Counted from the stretch's first letter, positions 34,336 through 45,235 are shown. The stretch is 64,000 nucleotides of DNA from a bacterium (GCA_965261595.1 CBDHDG010000006.1:672001-736000); one strand, 5' to 3'. Program-made: numbers and translations. Notes: a model not told the origin generated them from the letters alone.

Positions 34336-34547
34336 AAATAAGGATGGTCAGGTGGCCATCTTGGCCGCCTTCCGATGACCGACACCGGGCGCAATATAGT
34401 TAAAAGTGAGAAACAAAGCCAAATATCCCTTGCCCTGCAAGGATTTTCTATTTGGCTTTTGGCTTTCGGGGGGGCGCCCTCCGTGCGCCGAAGACCTTGT
34501 AATGAGCGCAACGAGCTTCACCCGCAGCTTGGCCGGCGTGCAAGCGC

Positions 34548-35462
34548 CTATAGGTGCAAATGGCTCTGGGCCTGCTCTACGATGTCGATGCCGACCATGT
34601 CCGACCAGGCGGCGAGGAGGCGGTCGGTGACGGGGCCCGGGATGTCCGAGGGGAAATCAACACCGTTCAGGCCGCGGGCGGGCACGATGGTGGGCGAGGT
34701 GCCCGCGAGGAAGGCCTCCTCCCCGGTGAGAACGTCGTACACCGTGTAATCCCCTTCGTGATACGCAATGCCGAGCTTGTCGGCCAGCTCGAAGATGGTC
34801 TCCCGCGTGACCCCGGCCAGGACGTTCCGCGTCGTCGGGGTGAAAAGCTCCCCGCGATCGACGAAGAAGAAGTTGGACGAGCTGTTTTCGGCGATGAATC
34901 CCTTGTGGTCCAGCATGAGCGAGAAGGCCTCCGGGTCGGCGGCTTGGGCCTCCCGGTCGGCCAGGATGTGGTTCATCTTGTTGGAGACCTTGGCCTTGGG
35001 GTCGAGCGACTCGGGCGGGTTCCGGCGGATCGAGGGCGTCACGAGGCGAATTCCCTCGGTAAAAGACTTGGCGTAGGGCTTGAGGTTGATGTTGATGCAG
35101 TACACCGCCACCGTCGGTCCCGGCCTTGGGTTCGGATCCCGGCCCAGGATGCCGAGGCCCCGGGTCACGTTCATCCAGAGCCCATGGTCCTCTTTCGGCC
35201 CCAGGAGGGGGCGGTTCCGGTCGAGGACCTCCAGGCAGACCTTCTCGAAGGCGTCGGGCGTGATGCCCGGGTCGAGGCGCGTGTACGTCATCGACCGGTA
35301 GAGCCGGTCCACGTGCTCCCGGAGCTTGAAGGGCCGGCCGCCGAACGTGCGGGCCACGTCGTACACCCCGTCGCCGATCCGGAACCCGACGTCGAACAGG
35401 GAGACATGGGCCTCGCTCTCGGGCAGGAACTCGCCGTTCAGATAAACCGTCCGTTCGGTCAT
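34548..35462 (-). CDS. class IV (branched-chain/D-amino acid) aminotransferase
   Basis: VYLNGEF..DVGFRIGDGVYD, AKVSN, ENSSSNFF, LAGVTR. Confidence 0.9.
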   Translation of the reverse strand: MTERTVYLNGEFLPESEAHVSLFDVGFRIGDGVYDVARTFGGRPFKLREHVDRLYRSMTYTRLDPGITPDAFEKVCLEVLDRNRPLLGPKEDHGLWMNVTRGLGILGRDPNPRPGPTVAVYCININLKPYAKSFTEGIRLVTPSIRRNPPESLDPKAKVSNKMNHILADREAQAADPEAFSLMLDHKGFIAENSSSNFFFVDRGELFTPTTRNVLAGVTRETIFELADKLGIAYHEGDYTVYDVLTGEEAFLAGTSPTIVPARGLNGVDFPSDIPGPVTDRLLAAWSDMVGIDIVEQAQSHLHL

Positions 35463-37534
35463 CGCTTCCTCCGTCCTCCGTGAACCCCCTCGGCGAGGGT
35501 CCCTTTTTCAGGGAAAAGGTTGTCCAGCCCGCGCACATGAACAAAACCGTCCACGTTGACGCCGATCACCGTCCGGGCGTACGCGTCGAGGAGGATGCGT
35601 CCCGGCGCGGCGGCGCCGTTCAATTCCACCCAGGCGCGAAGGGGGGCCGGATTCGTCCCGAGCAGCTCGACGATCATCCCCGGCCGCAACCCCAGCCGCG
35701 AAGCGACGTTCTTTCCCGCAACGCAGACCCTCCGGCCGTTCACCAGGCCCTCGCCGCCCAAGGCTTCGGCCGGGCCCACCTTGGCGCGCGCCTTCCGGGC
35801 GAGCGTCCGCTTTCTCGCCGCCGTGCGCCGCTTATCGATCTCGCCCCCGGCCGTGAACACCACGCCGTAGGACCACTCCGCCTCTTTCCGGGAGATGTAA
35901 CCCGCCCGGACGTCGGCCTCCACTTCTTCGACGGGGCGGTTCAGGGGGTCGCCGAATCCTCCGCCCCCGCCCGAGAGCATCACCAGCCGGTCCCCCGGGT
36001 TGATCGGGAAATCGTGACATTTGCCGGGGGTCGCCACGGGAATCTCCCGTCCTTTCCGGAGGATTGCGGCGGCCGTCGGCTTCCCCAGGCGTCCTCCGCC
36101 CAGGCCGTAGCTCGGCAGAACGGCCCGGTCCGCCAGGAGCGAGTAAGTCCCCTCGCTCAGGAGGCGGACCTGACGCTTGACGCCGAGGCCGCCCATCCAT
36201 CTTCCGGCGCCGCCGGAATCGGTCCTCAGGACCGAGCATTCCATCTGGACGGGGAACTCGGTCTCCAGGGCCTCGGCCGAGTGGATGCACCGGGTGTCCC
36301 CTTCGTCGAAGGCGGCCATGACGCTCTGTCCGTCCGAGCCCGCGTACCCGCCGCTCCCCCCCTTCGGCCACTCGTAGTAGACAAAGCGCCGCCCGGTCCG
36401 GTGGTTCATTCCGCCGATCATGTTGTGGAAAACAGTCCCGTATTGGTCCGCCGGGACGCGATCCGGTATGGCCTGGGCCAGCGCCCCGAGGACAAGGCCC
36501 GTGGCCCGCTTTTCCACCTCGCAGCACCCGCCGACGGGGGCGGGCCGGCGCGCGTTGAAGATCGTCCCCTCGGGCGCAATCACCTGGATGGGCCGAAAGC
36601 TCCCGTGGTTGACGGGATAGTCCGGGTCGAGGATGGTTTTCAGGGGGATGAAGACCCCGCTCGCCGTCACCGCGAACGAACAGTTGATTGGATGCCCGAC
36701 CTGGGGGGACGTGCCCGTGAAATCGGCGATCACCGAGCGGTCTTTGACCTCCAGGCGGACGCAGCACCGGACCGGGACGAACCGCCCTTCCTCGAAGGTT
36801 TCCAGGTAGTCCTCATAATGGTACTCCCCCGGCGGGATGGTCGCCACCTGTTCCCGGGTCCGTTCCTCGGCCCGGTCCATAGTCCGGCGGATGCATGCCG
36901 CGAGGGTCTCGGCGCCGTAGCGCTCCACCAGCTCGACGACCCCGCGCTCCGCCTGCTTGCAGGCGGACAGGCCGGCCCGGAAGTCTCCCCGCCGATCCTC
37001 GGACAGCCGGCAATTGGCGAACAGGAGATCGAGGGCGGCGTCGTTGGGCCGGCCTTCGTCATAGACCCGGATGGGGGGGATCACCATCCCCTCTTGATAG
37101 ATCTCCCGCGCCGCCCCGGACAGGCTCCCGGGGACCATGCCGCCCACGTCCAGCCAATGGGCGCGGACCGCCGGGAAGAGGAACAGCTCGCCGTCCGCGA
37201 AGACGGGCATCGCCACCATGACGTCGTTCAGGTGCGTCCCGCCGTAAGTGGGGTCGTTGACCAGGAACACGTCGCCGGGCCGGATCTCGTCTCCGAAACG
37301 CTTCACGATCTCCTGGATGGACCAGGACATGGGCAGGACGTGCATGGGGAGGTCTTCGGACTGCGCGATGAGCTGCCCTTTGGGGTCGAAGAGACCGCAG
37401 GAAAAATCGTGCCCCTGGCACACGACGGAAGAGTATGCCGTCCGGATGACGGTGACCCGCATCTCGCGAACGACGCTCAGGAAGGCCTCGACGACGACCT
37501 CCAGCGTAATGGGGTCGATCCGGGGTTCGCTCAT
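35459..37534 (-). CDS. hydantoinase B/oxoprolinase subunit with C-terminal extension
   Basis: TAYS..HDFSC, NDPTYGGTHLND, RAHWLDVGG, DSGGAG, GGGGFGDP. Confidence 0.92.
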   Translation of the reverse strand: MSEPRIDPITLEVVVEAFLSVVREMRVTVIRTAYSSVVCQGHDFSCGLFDPKGQLIAQSEDLPMHVLPMSWSIQEIVKRFGDEIRPGDVFLVNDPTYGGTHLNDVMVAMPVFADGELFLFPAVRAHWLDVGGMVPGSLSGAAREIYQEGMVIPPIRVYDEGRPNDAALDLLFANCRLSEDRRGDFRAGLSACKQAERGVVELVERYGAETLAACIRRTMDRAEERTREQVATIPPGEYHYEDYLETFEEGRFVPVRCCVRLEVKDRSVIADFTGTSPQVGHPINCSFAVTASGVFIPLKTILDPDYPVNHGSFRPIQVIAPEGTIFNARRPAPVGGCCEVEKRATGLVLGALAQAIPDRVPADQYGTVFHNMIGGMNHRTGRRFVYYEWPKGGSGGYAGSDGQSVMAAFDEGDTRCIHSAEALETEFPVQMECSVLRTDSGGAGRWMGGLGVKRQVRLLSEGTYSLLADRAVLPSYGLGGGRLGKPTAAAILRKGREIPVATPGKCHDFPINPGDRLVMLSGGGGGFGDPLNRPVEEVEADVRAGYISRKEAEWSYGVVFTAGGEIDKRRTAARKRTLARKARAKVGPAEALGGEGLVNGRRVCVAGKNVASRLGLRPGMIVELLGTNPAPLRAWVELNGAAAPGRILLDAYARTVIGVNVDGFVHVRGLDNLFPEKGTLAEGVHGGRRKR

Positions 37535-39573
37535 GGCCGGGTCCTTTCGAGAACCAGATTCCCGACCGCGTCCACCCGCGCCGTCCAGCCGGGGGGCAGG
37601 ACCGTCGTGGACCCTTCCTCGTCCACGATGGCCGGACCCTTGAGCCGCGAGTCCGCCCCGAGATTTTCCCGCCGGAAGACGGAGGCCGGAAGAAAGCCCT
37701 CGCCGAAGTAGACCTCCCGCTTCTTCGCCGACCGGGACGCGCCCCCGCTTTTCGGCGGCGGGAACGCAGGTTTCGGAAGGGAGGCGTAAGCGGAGACCCG
37801 ATAGTTGACGATCTCCGTATTCTCCGCCTCGTCACAATGGCCGTAACGCTCCTGGTGCAGACGATGGAAGTCCTTCTCGATGTCCTCCGGCCTTTTCCAG
37901 CGCGGGTCGAAAGGGACGTCGATCTCATACCACTGGCCCACGTACCTCAGCCCGACCGATCGGCCGATCGATATCTTGCCGGGTTTCCGCCGGCCGCCAT
38001 CGGACAACCGGGCCCGGCCCTCCGCCTCCAGCTCGCGCAGGGTGTCCGTGACGAGCGGAAGCGGCGTCTCGCGCGCCAGCGCCAGCCGCGTCCGGACGAG
38101 GTTCAGGCCGTGGTCGGCGAGGAGGAGGCCGAGGGCGGAGAAGTTCCCGGGAGCGGGCGGCACCAGGATGCGGCCGATGGCCAGCTCCTCGGCGATCAGG
38201 GCGGCGTGCATCGGCCCGGCTCCGCCGTAGGTCAGCAGGGTGAACTCCCTGGGGTCCAGGCCCTTGCCGACCGTGATGGCCTTGATGGCGCCGACCATCC
38301 GGGCGACGGCGATCTTCACAATCCCGTCGGCCAGGCGGATTTCATCGAGTCCGGGAACCCGCCGGTGGACGCGCCGGACGGCTTCCGCGGAGAGGCGGGG
38401 GTCGAGCGCGACCCCGCCGGCCCGGAGGGAATCGGGCGCGAGGCGATGGAGCAGGAGGTTGGCGTCGGTCACGGTGGGCTCGACGCCGCCCCGCCCATAG
38501 CAGGCCGGTCCGGGATCGGCCCCGGCGCTCTTGGGACCGACGGCCAGGACCCCGCCCCGATCGACCCAGGCGATGCTCCCCCCGCCGGCGCCGATGGTTT
38601 CGATCTCCATCTGGAGGGTCTTGTTCGGATGGCCCAGGACCTCGCTCTCCGTCGTCATGGAGGGCGCTCCGTCCCGGACGAGACAGACGTCGGTGCTTGT
38701 CCCGCCCATGTCGCACGTGATGAGCCCGGGCTCGCCCGTGATCCGGGAAAGGTGGGCCGCCGCGGTCACCCCGCCGGCCGGACCCGAGAGCAGGAGATGG
38801 ACGGGAAGGCGGGCCGCCTCCTCCGGGGACATCACGCCTCCGCTGGAAGTCATCACATGGAGGGGGGAGGAGGGGGGGCCGTGGAACCCGCCCTCCTCCA
38901 GCCCGGCCTGAAGGCGTCTCAAGTACTTGGCGATGGGCGGGGCGACGTAGGCGTTGAGGACCGTCGTCGAGAAGCGCTCGTACTCGCGGAACTCGGGCAC
39001 GACCTCGGCCGAGGTGGAAACGAAGACTCCCGGAAGGCGGAACTCGATCAGGGAGCGGGCGCGCTCCTCGTTCTTCGCGTTGGCGTAAGCGTGAAGGAAA
39101 CAGATCGCCACGGCCTCGATCCCCTCGTCGGCAAGTCGCTGAGCGTGGGGCTCGATCTTCGCGGGCGTGACCGCCTTGGCCACGCGGCCGCCGGCCAGCG
39201 TGCGCTCGTCCACCTCCAGGCGGAGGGGTCTCGCGACCAGAGGGGGCGTCTTCCGGTAATCGAGCCGGTAGAGGACCATCCGGTTGGCGAGGCCGAGCTC
39301 CAGGACGTCCCGGAACCCCCGCGTGGTCAACATGGCCGTCCGCGCGCCCTTTCCCTCCAGGAGGGTGTTGGTCGCGATGGTCGTGCCGTTGATGAATCGG
39401 GAGACGGAGGAGAGGAGAACCCCGGCCTTGTCCAGCCCCTCGAGGATGCCGCGCGTCAGGTCTTCATGGACGGTGGGCGTCTTGACGGTCTTGATGGCAT
39501 GGGTCCGCTCGTTGTAGACGACAACGTCCGTGAAGGTCCCGCCGATGTCCACGCCAACGCTTAGCAAGCTCAT
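37531..39573 (-). CDS. hydantoinase A/oxoprolinase subunit
   Basis: GVDIGGTFTD, EYERFSTT, LSGPAGG, DMGGTSTD, GAGGGSI, SAGADPGPACY. Confidence 0.93.
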   Translation of the reverse strand: MSLLSVGVDIGGTFTDVVVYNERTHAIKTVKTPTVHEDLTRGILEGLDKAGVLLSSVSRFINGTTIATNTLLEGKGARTAMLTTRGFRDVLELGLANRMVLYRLDYRKTPPLVARPLRLEVDERTLAGGRVAKAVTPAKIEPHAQRLADEGIEAVAICFLHAYANAKNEERARSLIEFRLPGVFVSTSAEVVPEFREYERFSTTVLNAYVAPPIAKYLRRLQAGLEEGGFHGPPSSPLHVMTSSGGVMSPEEAARLPVHLLLSGPAGGVTAAAHLSRITGEPGLITCDMGGTSTDVCLVRDGAPSMTTESEVLGHPNKTLQMEIETIGAGGGSIAWVDRGGVLAVGPKSAGADPGPACYGRGGVEPTVTDANLLLHRLAPDSLRAGGVALDPRLSAEAVRRVHRRVPGLDEIRLADGIVKIAVARMVGAIKAITVGKGLDPREFTLLTYGGAGPMHAALIAEELAIGRILVPPAPGNFSALGLLLADHGLNLVRTRLALARETPLPLVTDTLRELEAEGRARLSDGGRRKPGKISIGRSVGLRYVGQWYEIDVPFDPRWKRPEDIEKDFHRLHQERYGHCDEAENTEIVNYRVSAYASLPKPAFPPPKSGGASRSAKKREVYFGEGFLPASVFRRENLGADSRLKGPAIVDEEGSTTVLPPGWTARVDAVGNLVLERTRP

Positions 39574-39764
39574 CCCCGAGCCTCCGCGGATTCGACGGGC
39601 CGCACGATGGAGCGCACCGGCCCACTTCCGCCTTTTCAAGGAAACCGCGTCAAGGTCTTGCGTAAGAGCGCCCCGCGGTCAACCCGCGGGGCGCCTCAAT
39701 TCCTTCTTGAAAGCCCGTCGGTCAAAGGCCCGCTTATCCCGTCGGTCTCTCAACCCATCGCCCC

Positions 39765-40799
39765 TCAGGGGCAGAACTTGCAATCGACTTTCTTCCGTTT
39801 GGGAAAGAGCTTGGGAAGGAACTTGTTCGAATAAAGCTCGGACACTTCAGGAATCCGGGGGGTCTTGAAAAACCCGGTCACTACGTCCCGGGTCATCTTC
39901 ATCTTTTCCGCCGAGATTTGACCGAGGCCGTGTTTCTTGGCGTAAGGCGTAAGGATGTGGTCGACGAAGACCTGGAATTCGGCCAGCGCGACTTCATAGG
40001 AAGCCTCCGGGTGGGTTTTGACAAAGCCGCGGACGGCCTTTTCCGGGTGCTCGATGCTCCAGGCGATGGCTTGGTACGAGGCGTTCAAGAAACGGCGAAC
40101 GTAGTCCGGGCGCTTGTTGATCAGGGAATCCATGGCGGAAACGGCGCCCGAATAGATATCGAACCCGTGGTCGCTATACAACAATACGGTCACCTGCTTG
40201 CCTATACTCTGGGCGCCCCGCTTCACGGCGGGGTATACCGTGTGGAATGTCGACATGGCTTTGACTTTTCCGCTCAGAAGGGACGGGATCAAGGCCGCGT
40301 GGTCCATGGTCGCCCAGGAGACCTTGTCATTTGCAATCCCGACCTTTTTGGCAAAGACGGGGAAAATGACGCGGTCCATCGAGTAGCTGGTCCCGCCGAT
40401 GGTCTTCCCTTCGAGATCGTTGGGCCCCCGGATGCCGGTCCCTTTCAGGGAATAAATCACGAAGAGAGACTTATCGTGGAACATGCCGAGGGTTCTCGCG
40501 ATCAGCCCTTTGCTTCGCCGGACGATGAGCTGGTCGGTTTCGGCGATGATGAAATCCGCCTTTCCGCCGGAAAGGAACTTCAGGGTGTCGGCGCCGAAGC
40601 CCCGTTGAATCTTCACGTCCAAGCCGGCCTTTGCATAGAACCCCTGTGAGATGCCGGCGAACAGGCCCGAGTGCTTTCCATAGGGTATCCAGTCGAGCGC
40701 GAATCGAACGGATTCGGCGGCGATGGAAGGAGCAATCGTGTAACCGATCAAGGTCAAGACGAGGATCATCGAAGAGAAAAATCGTGCGATCAATTTCAT
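39765..40799 (-). CDS. NMT1/THI5-like ABC substrate-binding protein
   Basis: Signal peptide; FALDW...GFYAKAGLDVKI; DLEGKTIG. Confidence 0.85.
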   Translation of the reverse strand: MKLIARFFSSMILVLTLIGYTIAPSIAAESVRFALDWIPYGKHSGLFAGISQGFYAKAGLDVKIQRGFGADTLKFLSGGKADFIIAETDQLIVRRSKGLIARTLGMFHDKSLFVIYSLKGTGIRGPNDLEGKTIGGTSYSMDRVIFPVFAKKVGIANDKVSWATMDHAALIPSLLSGKVKAMSTFHTVYPAVKRGAQSIGKQVTVLLYSDHGFDIYSGAVSAMDSLINKRPDYVRRFLNASYQAIAWSIEHPEKAVRGFVKTHPEASYEVALAEFQVFVDHILTPYAKKHGLGQISAEKMKMTRDVVTGFFKTPRIPEVSELYSNKFLPKLFPKRKKVDCKFCP

Positions 40800-40925
40800 T
40801 CGAGTTCCCTCCAAGGTGGCATGCCGGACGCTCCAGGGGTGAATCCCATGTGGACCCTCACGGCTTGGTGAAAGGTTTATATCTGTCTTGATCGATTGAA
40901 AGTATGCAATGGATTCCCGAATAAA

Positions 40926-42965
40926 TCAACTGTCCCGTCCACTCAGCCTCCGCAACCGGACGGAATCCCCCCGCTTCACGCCGAGGACGGAGCGTGCGGC
41001 GGCGTCGAGGAAGATTCGCTCCTTCGAGACCTTTCCCCCGAGGCGGATCCATGCCCGAAGCGGTATCCCTTGGCTCCCTACAAGCTCGACGACTTCTCCC
41101 GCCCTGAGTCGCAGGCGCGCGCGGACGCCTTTCCCCGCGTAGCAGACCCTGCGGCCTTCGAAGAACCCCTCCAGGTCATGCCTTTCGGTCTCCTCGACCT
41201 TGGCGAAAGACCCGCGTCCGAGCCCCCGCCTCCGCGCCCGGGTGCTCCGCCGGTCGACCTCCCCGTTCCGCCCGATGACCACGCCGTAGCGGTCCTCGGC
41301 CTCCCGGCGGGAGATGCACCCGGCCGCGAGGTCCGCCTCGACCTCGCCGACGGGGCGGGCGAGGGGGTTTCCGTATCCCGCCCCGCCCCCCGAGAGCAGG
41401 ACCAGCCGGTCGTCTCGGCGAAGGGGCATGTTCTGGCGCTTTCCCGGGGTTTCGAAGTGCATCTCCCGGCCCCGGCGAATGACCTTGGCCGCCGTGGATT
41501 TTCCCGGTTCGCCCCCCAGGAGACCATAGCAGGGGAGAACCGCCCGGTCGGCCAAAAGGGAATAGACCCCCGAACAGAGCAGGCGAATCCGTCTTTCAAC
41601 CCCCAGTCCTCCCCGCCACCGGCCGGCCCCGCCCGAATCGGTCCGAAGCGTCGATTTTTCCATCAGGACGGGAAATTCCGTCTCCAGGGCCTCGGCCGAG
41701 TGAATGCAGCGGGTGTCTCCCTCATCGATGGCGGCCATGACGCTCTGTCCGTCCGCGCCCGAATAGGCCCCGTTTCCGCCCTTGGGCCATTCATAGTAAA
41801 CGAAAGGACGGCCGGTCCGCGGGTTTACGCCCCCCACCATGTTGTGGAACGCGGTTCCGAATTGATCGGCCGAGACACGCTCGGGGATCGCCTGCGCGAG
41901 GGCGCCCATGACGAGAGAGATGACCCGCTTACGCAGCTCCACGAACCCGCCGACCGGCGCGGGACGCCGGGCGTTGACGATCGTCCCCTCGGGGACGATC
42001 AGCTCGACCGGCCGGAAGGCGCCGTGGTTGACCGGAAAATCCGGATCGAGGATCGCCTTGACGGGGATGAACACCCCGCTCGCCGTCACCCCGTAAGAGG
42101 AGTTGATGGGGTGAGGGACCTGGAGAGAGGATCCGGTGAAATCGGCCGTGATGGAACGATGCTTGACCTCAAGGTGGATGCAGGCCCGCACGGGCTTGAA
42201 CCGTCCCCCCTCGAACGTTTCGAGGTAGTCTTCGTAGAAATATTTCCCTCGCGGGATGGTCTCGATCTGCTCGCGTATCCGCTCCTCCGCCCGGTCGAGC
42301 GACCGCCGGATGCACCCGGAAAGGACCCGCGAATCATAACGTTCCAGGAGCTCCTGAATGCGAAGCTCGGCCTGTTTGCACGCCGCGAGGCACGCGCGAA
42401 AATCCCCCTTTCGGTCTTCCGTGAGACGGACGTTCGCGAAGAGCAGGTCCAGGGCGGCCTGGTTCGGACGGCCCTCGTTGTAGACCCGGATCGGCGGGAT
42501 GACGACCCCTTCCTGATAGATCTCGGTGGCGGCGCCCGAGAGGCTCCCCGGGACCATCCCCCCTACGTCCACCCAATGCGCCCGGACCGAGGGGAAGAGA
42601 AAGAGCTCCCCTTCCGCGAAGACGGGCATGGCGACCATGACGTCGTTCAGGTGAGTGCCGCCGAATGTGGGGTCGTTGAGCATGAACACATCGCCGGGCC
42701 GGATCTCTCCTTTGAAGGTCTCCATGATGTGTCGAATGGACCACGACATGGGAAGGACGTGCCCCGGGAGGTCTTCGGACTGGGCCACGAGCTGACCCTC
42801 GGTGTCGAAGACGCTGCAAGAGAAATCGTGCCCCTGGCACACGACGGAGGAGTATGCCGTGCGGATGACCGTCACCCGCATCTCCCGCACGACGCCCATC
42901 AGCACCTCGATGACGACCTCGAGGGTGATGGGGTCGATGGGGTGGTTTTGAGAATTATCCATCAT
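40926..42965 (-). CDS. hydantoinase B/oxoprolinase subunit, paralog 2
   Basis: Collinear with and highly similar to 35459-37534. Confidence 0.92.
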   Translation of the reverse strand: MMDNSQNHPIDPITLEVVIEVLMGVVREMRVTVIRTAYSSVVCQGHDFSCSVFDTEGQLVAQSEDLPGHVLPMSWSIRHIMETFKGEIRPGDVFMLNDPTFGGTHLNDVMVAMPVFAEGELFLFPSVRAHWVDVGGMVPGSLSGAATEIYQEGVVIPPIRVYNEGRPNQAALDLLFANVRLTEDRKGDFRACLAACKQAELRIQELLERYDSRVLSGCIRRSLDRAEERIREQIETIPRGKYFYEDYLETFEGGRFKPVRACIHLEVKHRSITADFTGSSLQVPHPINSSYGVTASGVFIPVKAILDPDFPVNHGAFRPVELIVPEGTIVNARRPAPVGGFVELRKRVISLVMGALAQAIPERVSADQFGTAFHNMVGGVNPRTGRPFVYYEWPKGGNGAYSGADGQSVMAAIDEGDTRCIHSAEALETEFPVLMEKSTLRTDSGGAGRWRGGLGVERRIRLLCSGVYSLLADRAVLPCYGLLGGEPGKSTAAKVIRRGREMHFETPGKRQNMPLRRDDRLVLLSGGGAGYGNPLARPVGEVEADLAAGCISRREAEDRYGVVIGRNGEVDRRSTRARRRGLGRGSFAKVEETERHDLEGFFEGRRVCYAGKGVRARLRLRAGEVVELVGSQGIPLRAWIRLGGKVSKERIFLDAAARSVLGVKRGDSVRLRRLSGRDS

Positions 42966-43345
42966 CGGATCCTGAGAAGAGCCAATCGCGAAATGGGATG
43001 CGAAGCGAGCGAGCCTTCACGGCGGATGGATCATACCAGACCCGGATTCGGTGATGGGCTCCGCCGCGATGGGGCATCGTCGCGATGAGGGATTGGGAAA
43101 TCCACGCCATGTCCATAGCCGGCGGCGGTCAAACCGCACCGGTGCGACCCTTGAGAATCCGTTGACAGGGTTGATGGGGAAAGTTCAAATGGGTTCAAGG
43201 AATGACGCGGCCTGGAACGCGCGGCGTCGCGAATTGATATGGGGATAACGCCATTCAGCCGAAACCATGTTTTCTTTCGGTCTTGGGGGGAAATTTTTTC
43301 GACCCCTGGTTTGATAGTTGAAACGGGCCATGGAGGGCTTGAGCC

Positions 43346-44077
43346 GTGGGCAAGGTCATTACATTGATTTACGGCCTCGTCTGCTATGTCATCTTCTTCT
43401 TGACGTTCCTTTACGCAATCGGGTTTATCGGCGACATTGTCGTTCCGAAAACCATCGATTCCGGCTCATCCGCGTCCGGCGGCGCGGCTTTGTGGGTCAA
43501 TATCCTGCTTCTTGCGCTTTTCGCCGTCCAGCACAGCGTCATGGCCCGGCCCGGGTTTAAAAAGGTCTGGACGAAAATTGTCTCTCCGTCCGCCGAGCGC
43601 AGCACCTATGTGCTTTTCACCTGCGTTGTCCTGATTCTTCTTTTTTGGCTATGGCAACCCATGCCCGGCGTGATCTGGAGCGTTGAGAACCCCGCGGGCC
43701 GAATCATTCTTTGGGGCCTGTTCTGGATCGGGTTTTTGATCGTTCTCCTGGCGACTTTCATGATCAGCCATTTCGAGCTGTTCGGCCTGACCCAGGTTGC
43801 CAGGGGCCTGAGCGGCGCCTCCGAGCCGCCCCCGAGATTCAAGGCGCCCGGTTTCTATAAAATCGTGCGCCACCCGATCATGACGGGGTTTATCATCGCC
43901 TTCTGGGCGACTCCGACCATGACTTCGGGGCGCCTGCTCTTCGCCATGATGACGACGGCCTACATCCTCGTCGCCCTCCAATTGGAGGAGCGCGACCTGA
44001 TCTCTTTCCTCGGCGAGGAGTACACGAATTACCGGAAAAAAGTCCGGATGCTCATCCCGATACCGAAGAAGCAATAA
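43346..44077 (+). CDS. mddA: methanethiol S-methyltransferase (MddA-like)
   Basis: YAIGF..VPKTID, LFAVQHSVMARP, ERSTYVL, HFELFGL, VRHPIM, LEERDL. Confidence 0.82.
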   Translation: MGKVITLIYGLVCYVIFFLTFLYAIGFIGDIVVPKTIDSGSSASGGAALWVNILLLALFAVQHSVMARPGFKKVWTKIVSPSAERSTYVLFTCVVLILLFWLWQPMPGVIWSVENPAGRIILWGLFWIGFLIVLLATFMISHFELFGLTQVARGLSGASEPPPRFKAPGFYKIVRHPIMTGFIIAFWATPTMTSGRLLFAMMTTAYILVALQLEERDLISFLGEEYTNYRKKVRMLIPIPKKQ

Positions 44078-44326
44078 GCCCGCTCCGGCAGTCTTCTCCG
44101 GGATAAGCCGGTTGCGCCCATTGCCTGTCCAGCCCGCGTTTCTCACAACCCTTATGTTGTGGAGAGCACCAACAGGACGAGGACCGTCAGGGAAGGCTGA
44201 ACGGGATGGCGGGTGGGGAGACCGACCGCGTGGGGCCGCAGATTCCACTCGTGGTCCGCGGCCTTCCGCTCCCCTTCACCAAGCGTGCGGGTATCATCCG
44301 GTCCAACGGCCCCACGGGCCGTCAGG

Positions 44327-45235
44327 TCAGGTCAACCGCCGGCGAAGGTAGGAAGACAGGAAGTCCACGGCGGTGACGAGGACGAAGATCACCGCGATAA
44401 GCACCAGAAGCTGATCTTGCAAAAAGAGGCTGATGGCGATGTGCAGCTTCAGGCCGATGCCCCCGCCGCCGATGATCCCCAGGATGGTCGCCGTCCGGAT
44501 GTTCACCTCCCAGCGGTAAAGCGTGTAGGCCAGAAGCTGTGGGAACGCCTGGGGCAGCAGTCCGTAAAGAAAGATCGAGAACCGGCCCGCGCCGGTCGCC
44601 TGGAGGGCCTCGATAGGCCGGGGATCGACGTTTTCCAGGACCTCCGCGTACAGCTTGCCCAGGACGCCCCCGGTGTGCAGGCCCAAGGCCAACACACCCG
44701 CGAACGGCCCAAGTCCCACGGCGAAGATGAAGACGATCGCCAGGACAATCTCCGGCACGGACCGGAGGACGGCCATGGCCGTTCGCGCCGCCCAATAGCC
44801 CGCGTAACGCAGCCGCCCCGCCGGGGTCCCGGCGCCCGCCCTCTCGAACAACACCCCTCGGACCATGAGGTTCTCTGAAGCGAAGGCCATGAGGACGGAG
44901 GCGATGATCACCGCCAGGACGGTCCCCATGATCGAGATCGCCAGCGTCTGGACGGCCGCCCAGGCCGCCCCCCCGAGGAACTTCAGGCTGGTTTCCGGCG
45001 GCCATAGACCCGAGACGAACTTCCACATCTGGGCTCGGCCCTCTTCGCCGATCAGATCTCTAATGTTGGCTTCCGTTCCGGAATAGCTCCACGCCAGGAC
45101 CGCCAACAGAAGCAGACCGCTCCCCCAGGTTTTCCACGAAACGCCCGGGCGCTTCGGGATGGCGGCGGAGAACGCCGGTTCGCGGCTCACAGCCGGCCCG
45201 CGGCTCACAGCACCCGCCTCCGGACGAACGCGCAC
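44327..45235 (-). CDS. phnE: phosphonate-type ABC permease
   Basis: RSVPEIV..GLGPFAG..LGKLYAE..YRWEVNIR. Confidence 0.85.
   Translation of the reverse strand: MRVRPEAGAVSRGPAVSREPAFSAAIPKRPGVSWKTWGSGLLLLAVLAWSYSGTEANIRDLIGEEGRAQMWKFVSGLWPPETSLKFLGGAAWAAVQTLAISIMGTVLAVIIASVLMAFASENLMVRGVLFERAGAGTPAGRLRYAGYWAARTAMAVLRSVPEIVLAIVFIFAVGLGPFAGVLALGLHTGGVLGKLYAEVLENVDPRPIEALQATGAGRFSIFLYGLLPQAFPQLLAYTLYRWEVNIRTATILGIIGGGGIGLKLHIAISLFLQDQLLVLIAVIFVLVTAVDFLSSYLRRRLT

Noticed and set aside
35480..43088. Long plus-strand ORFs opposite the hydantoinase genes
   Set aside because: Antisense shadows of GC-rich genes with no recognisable motifs
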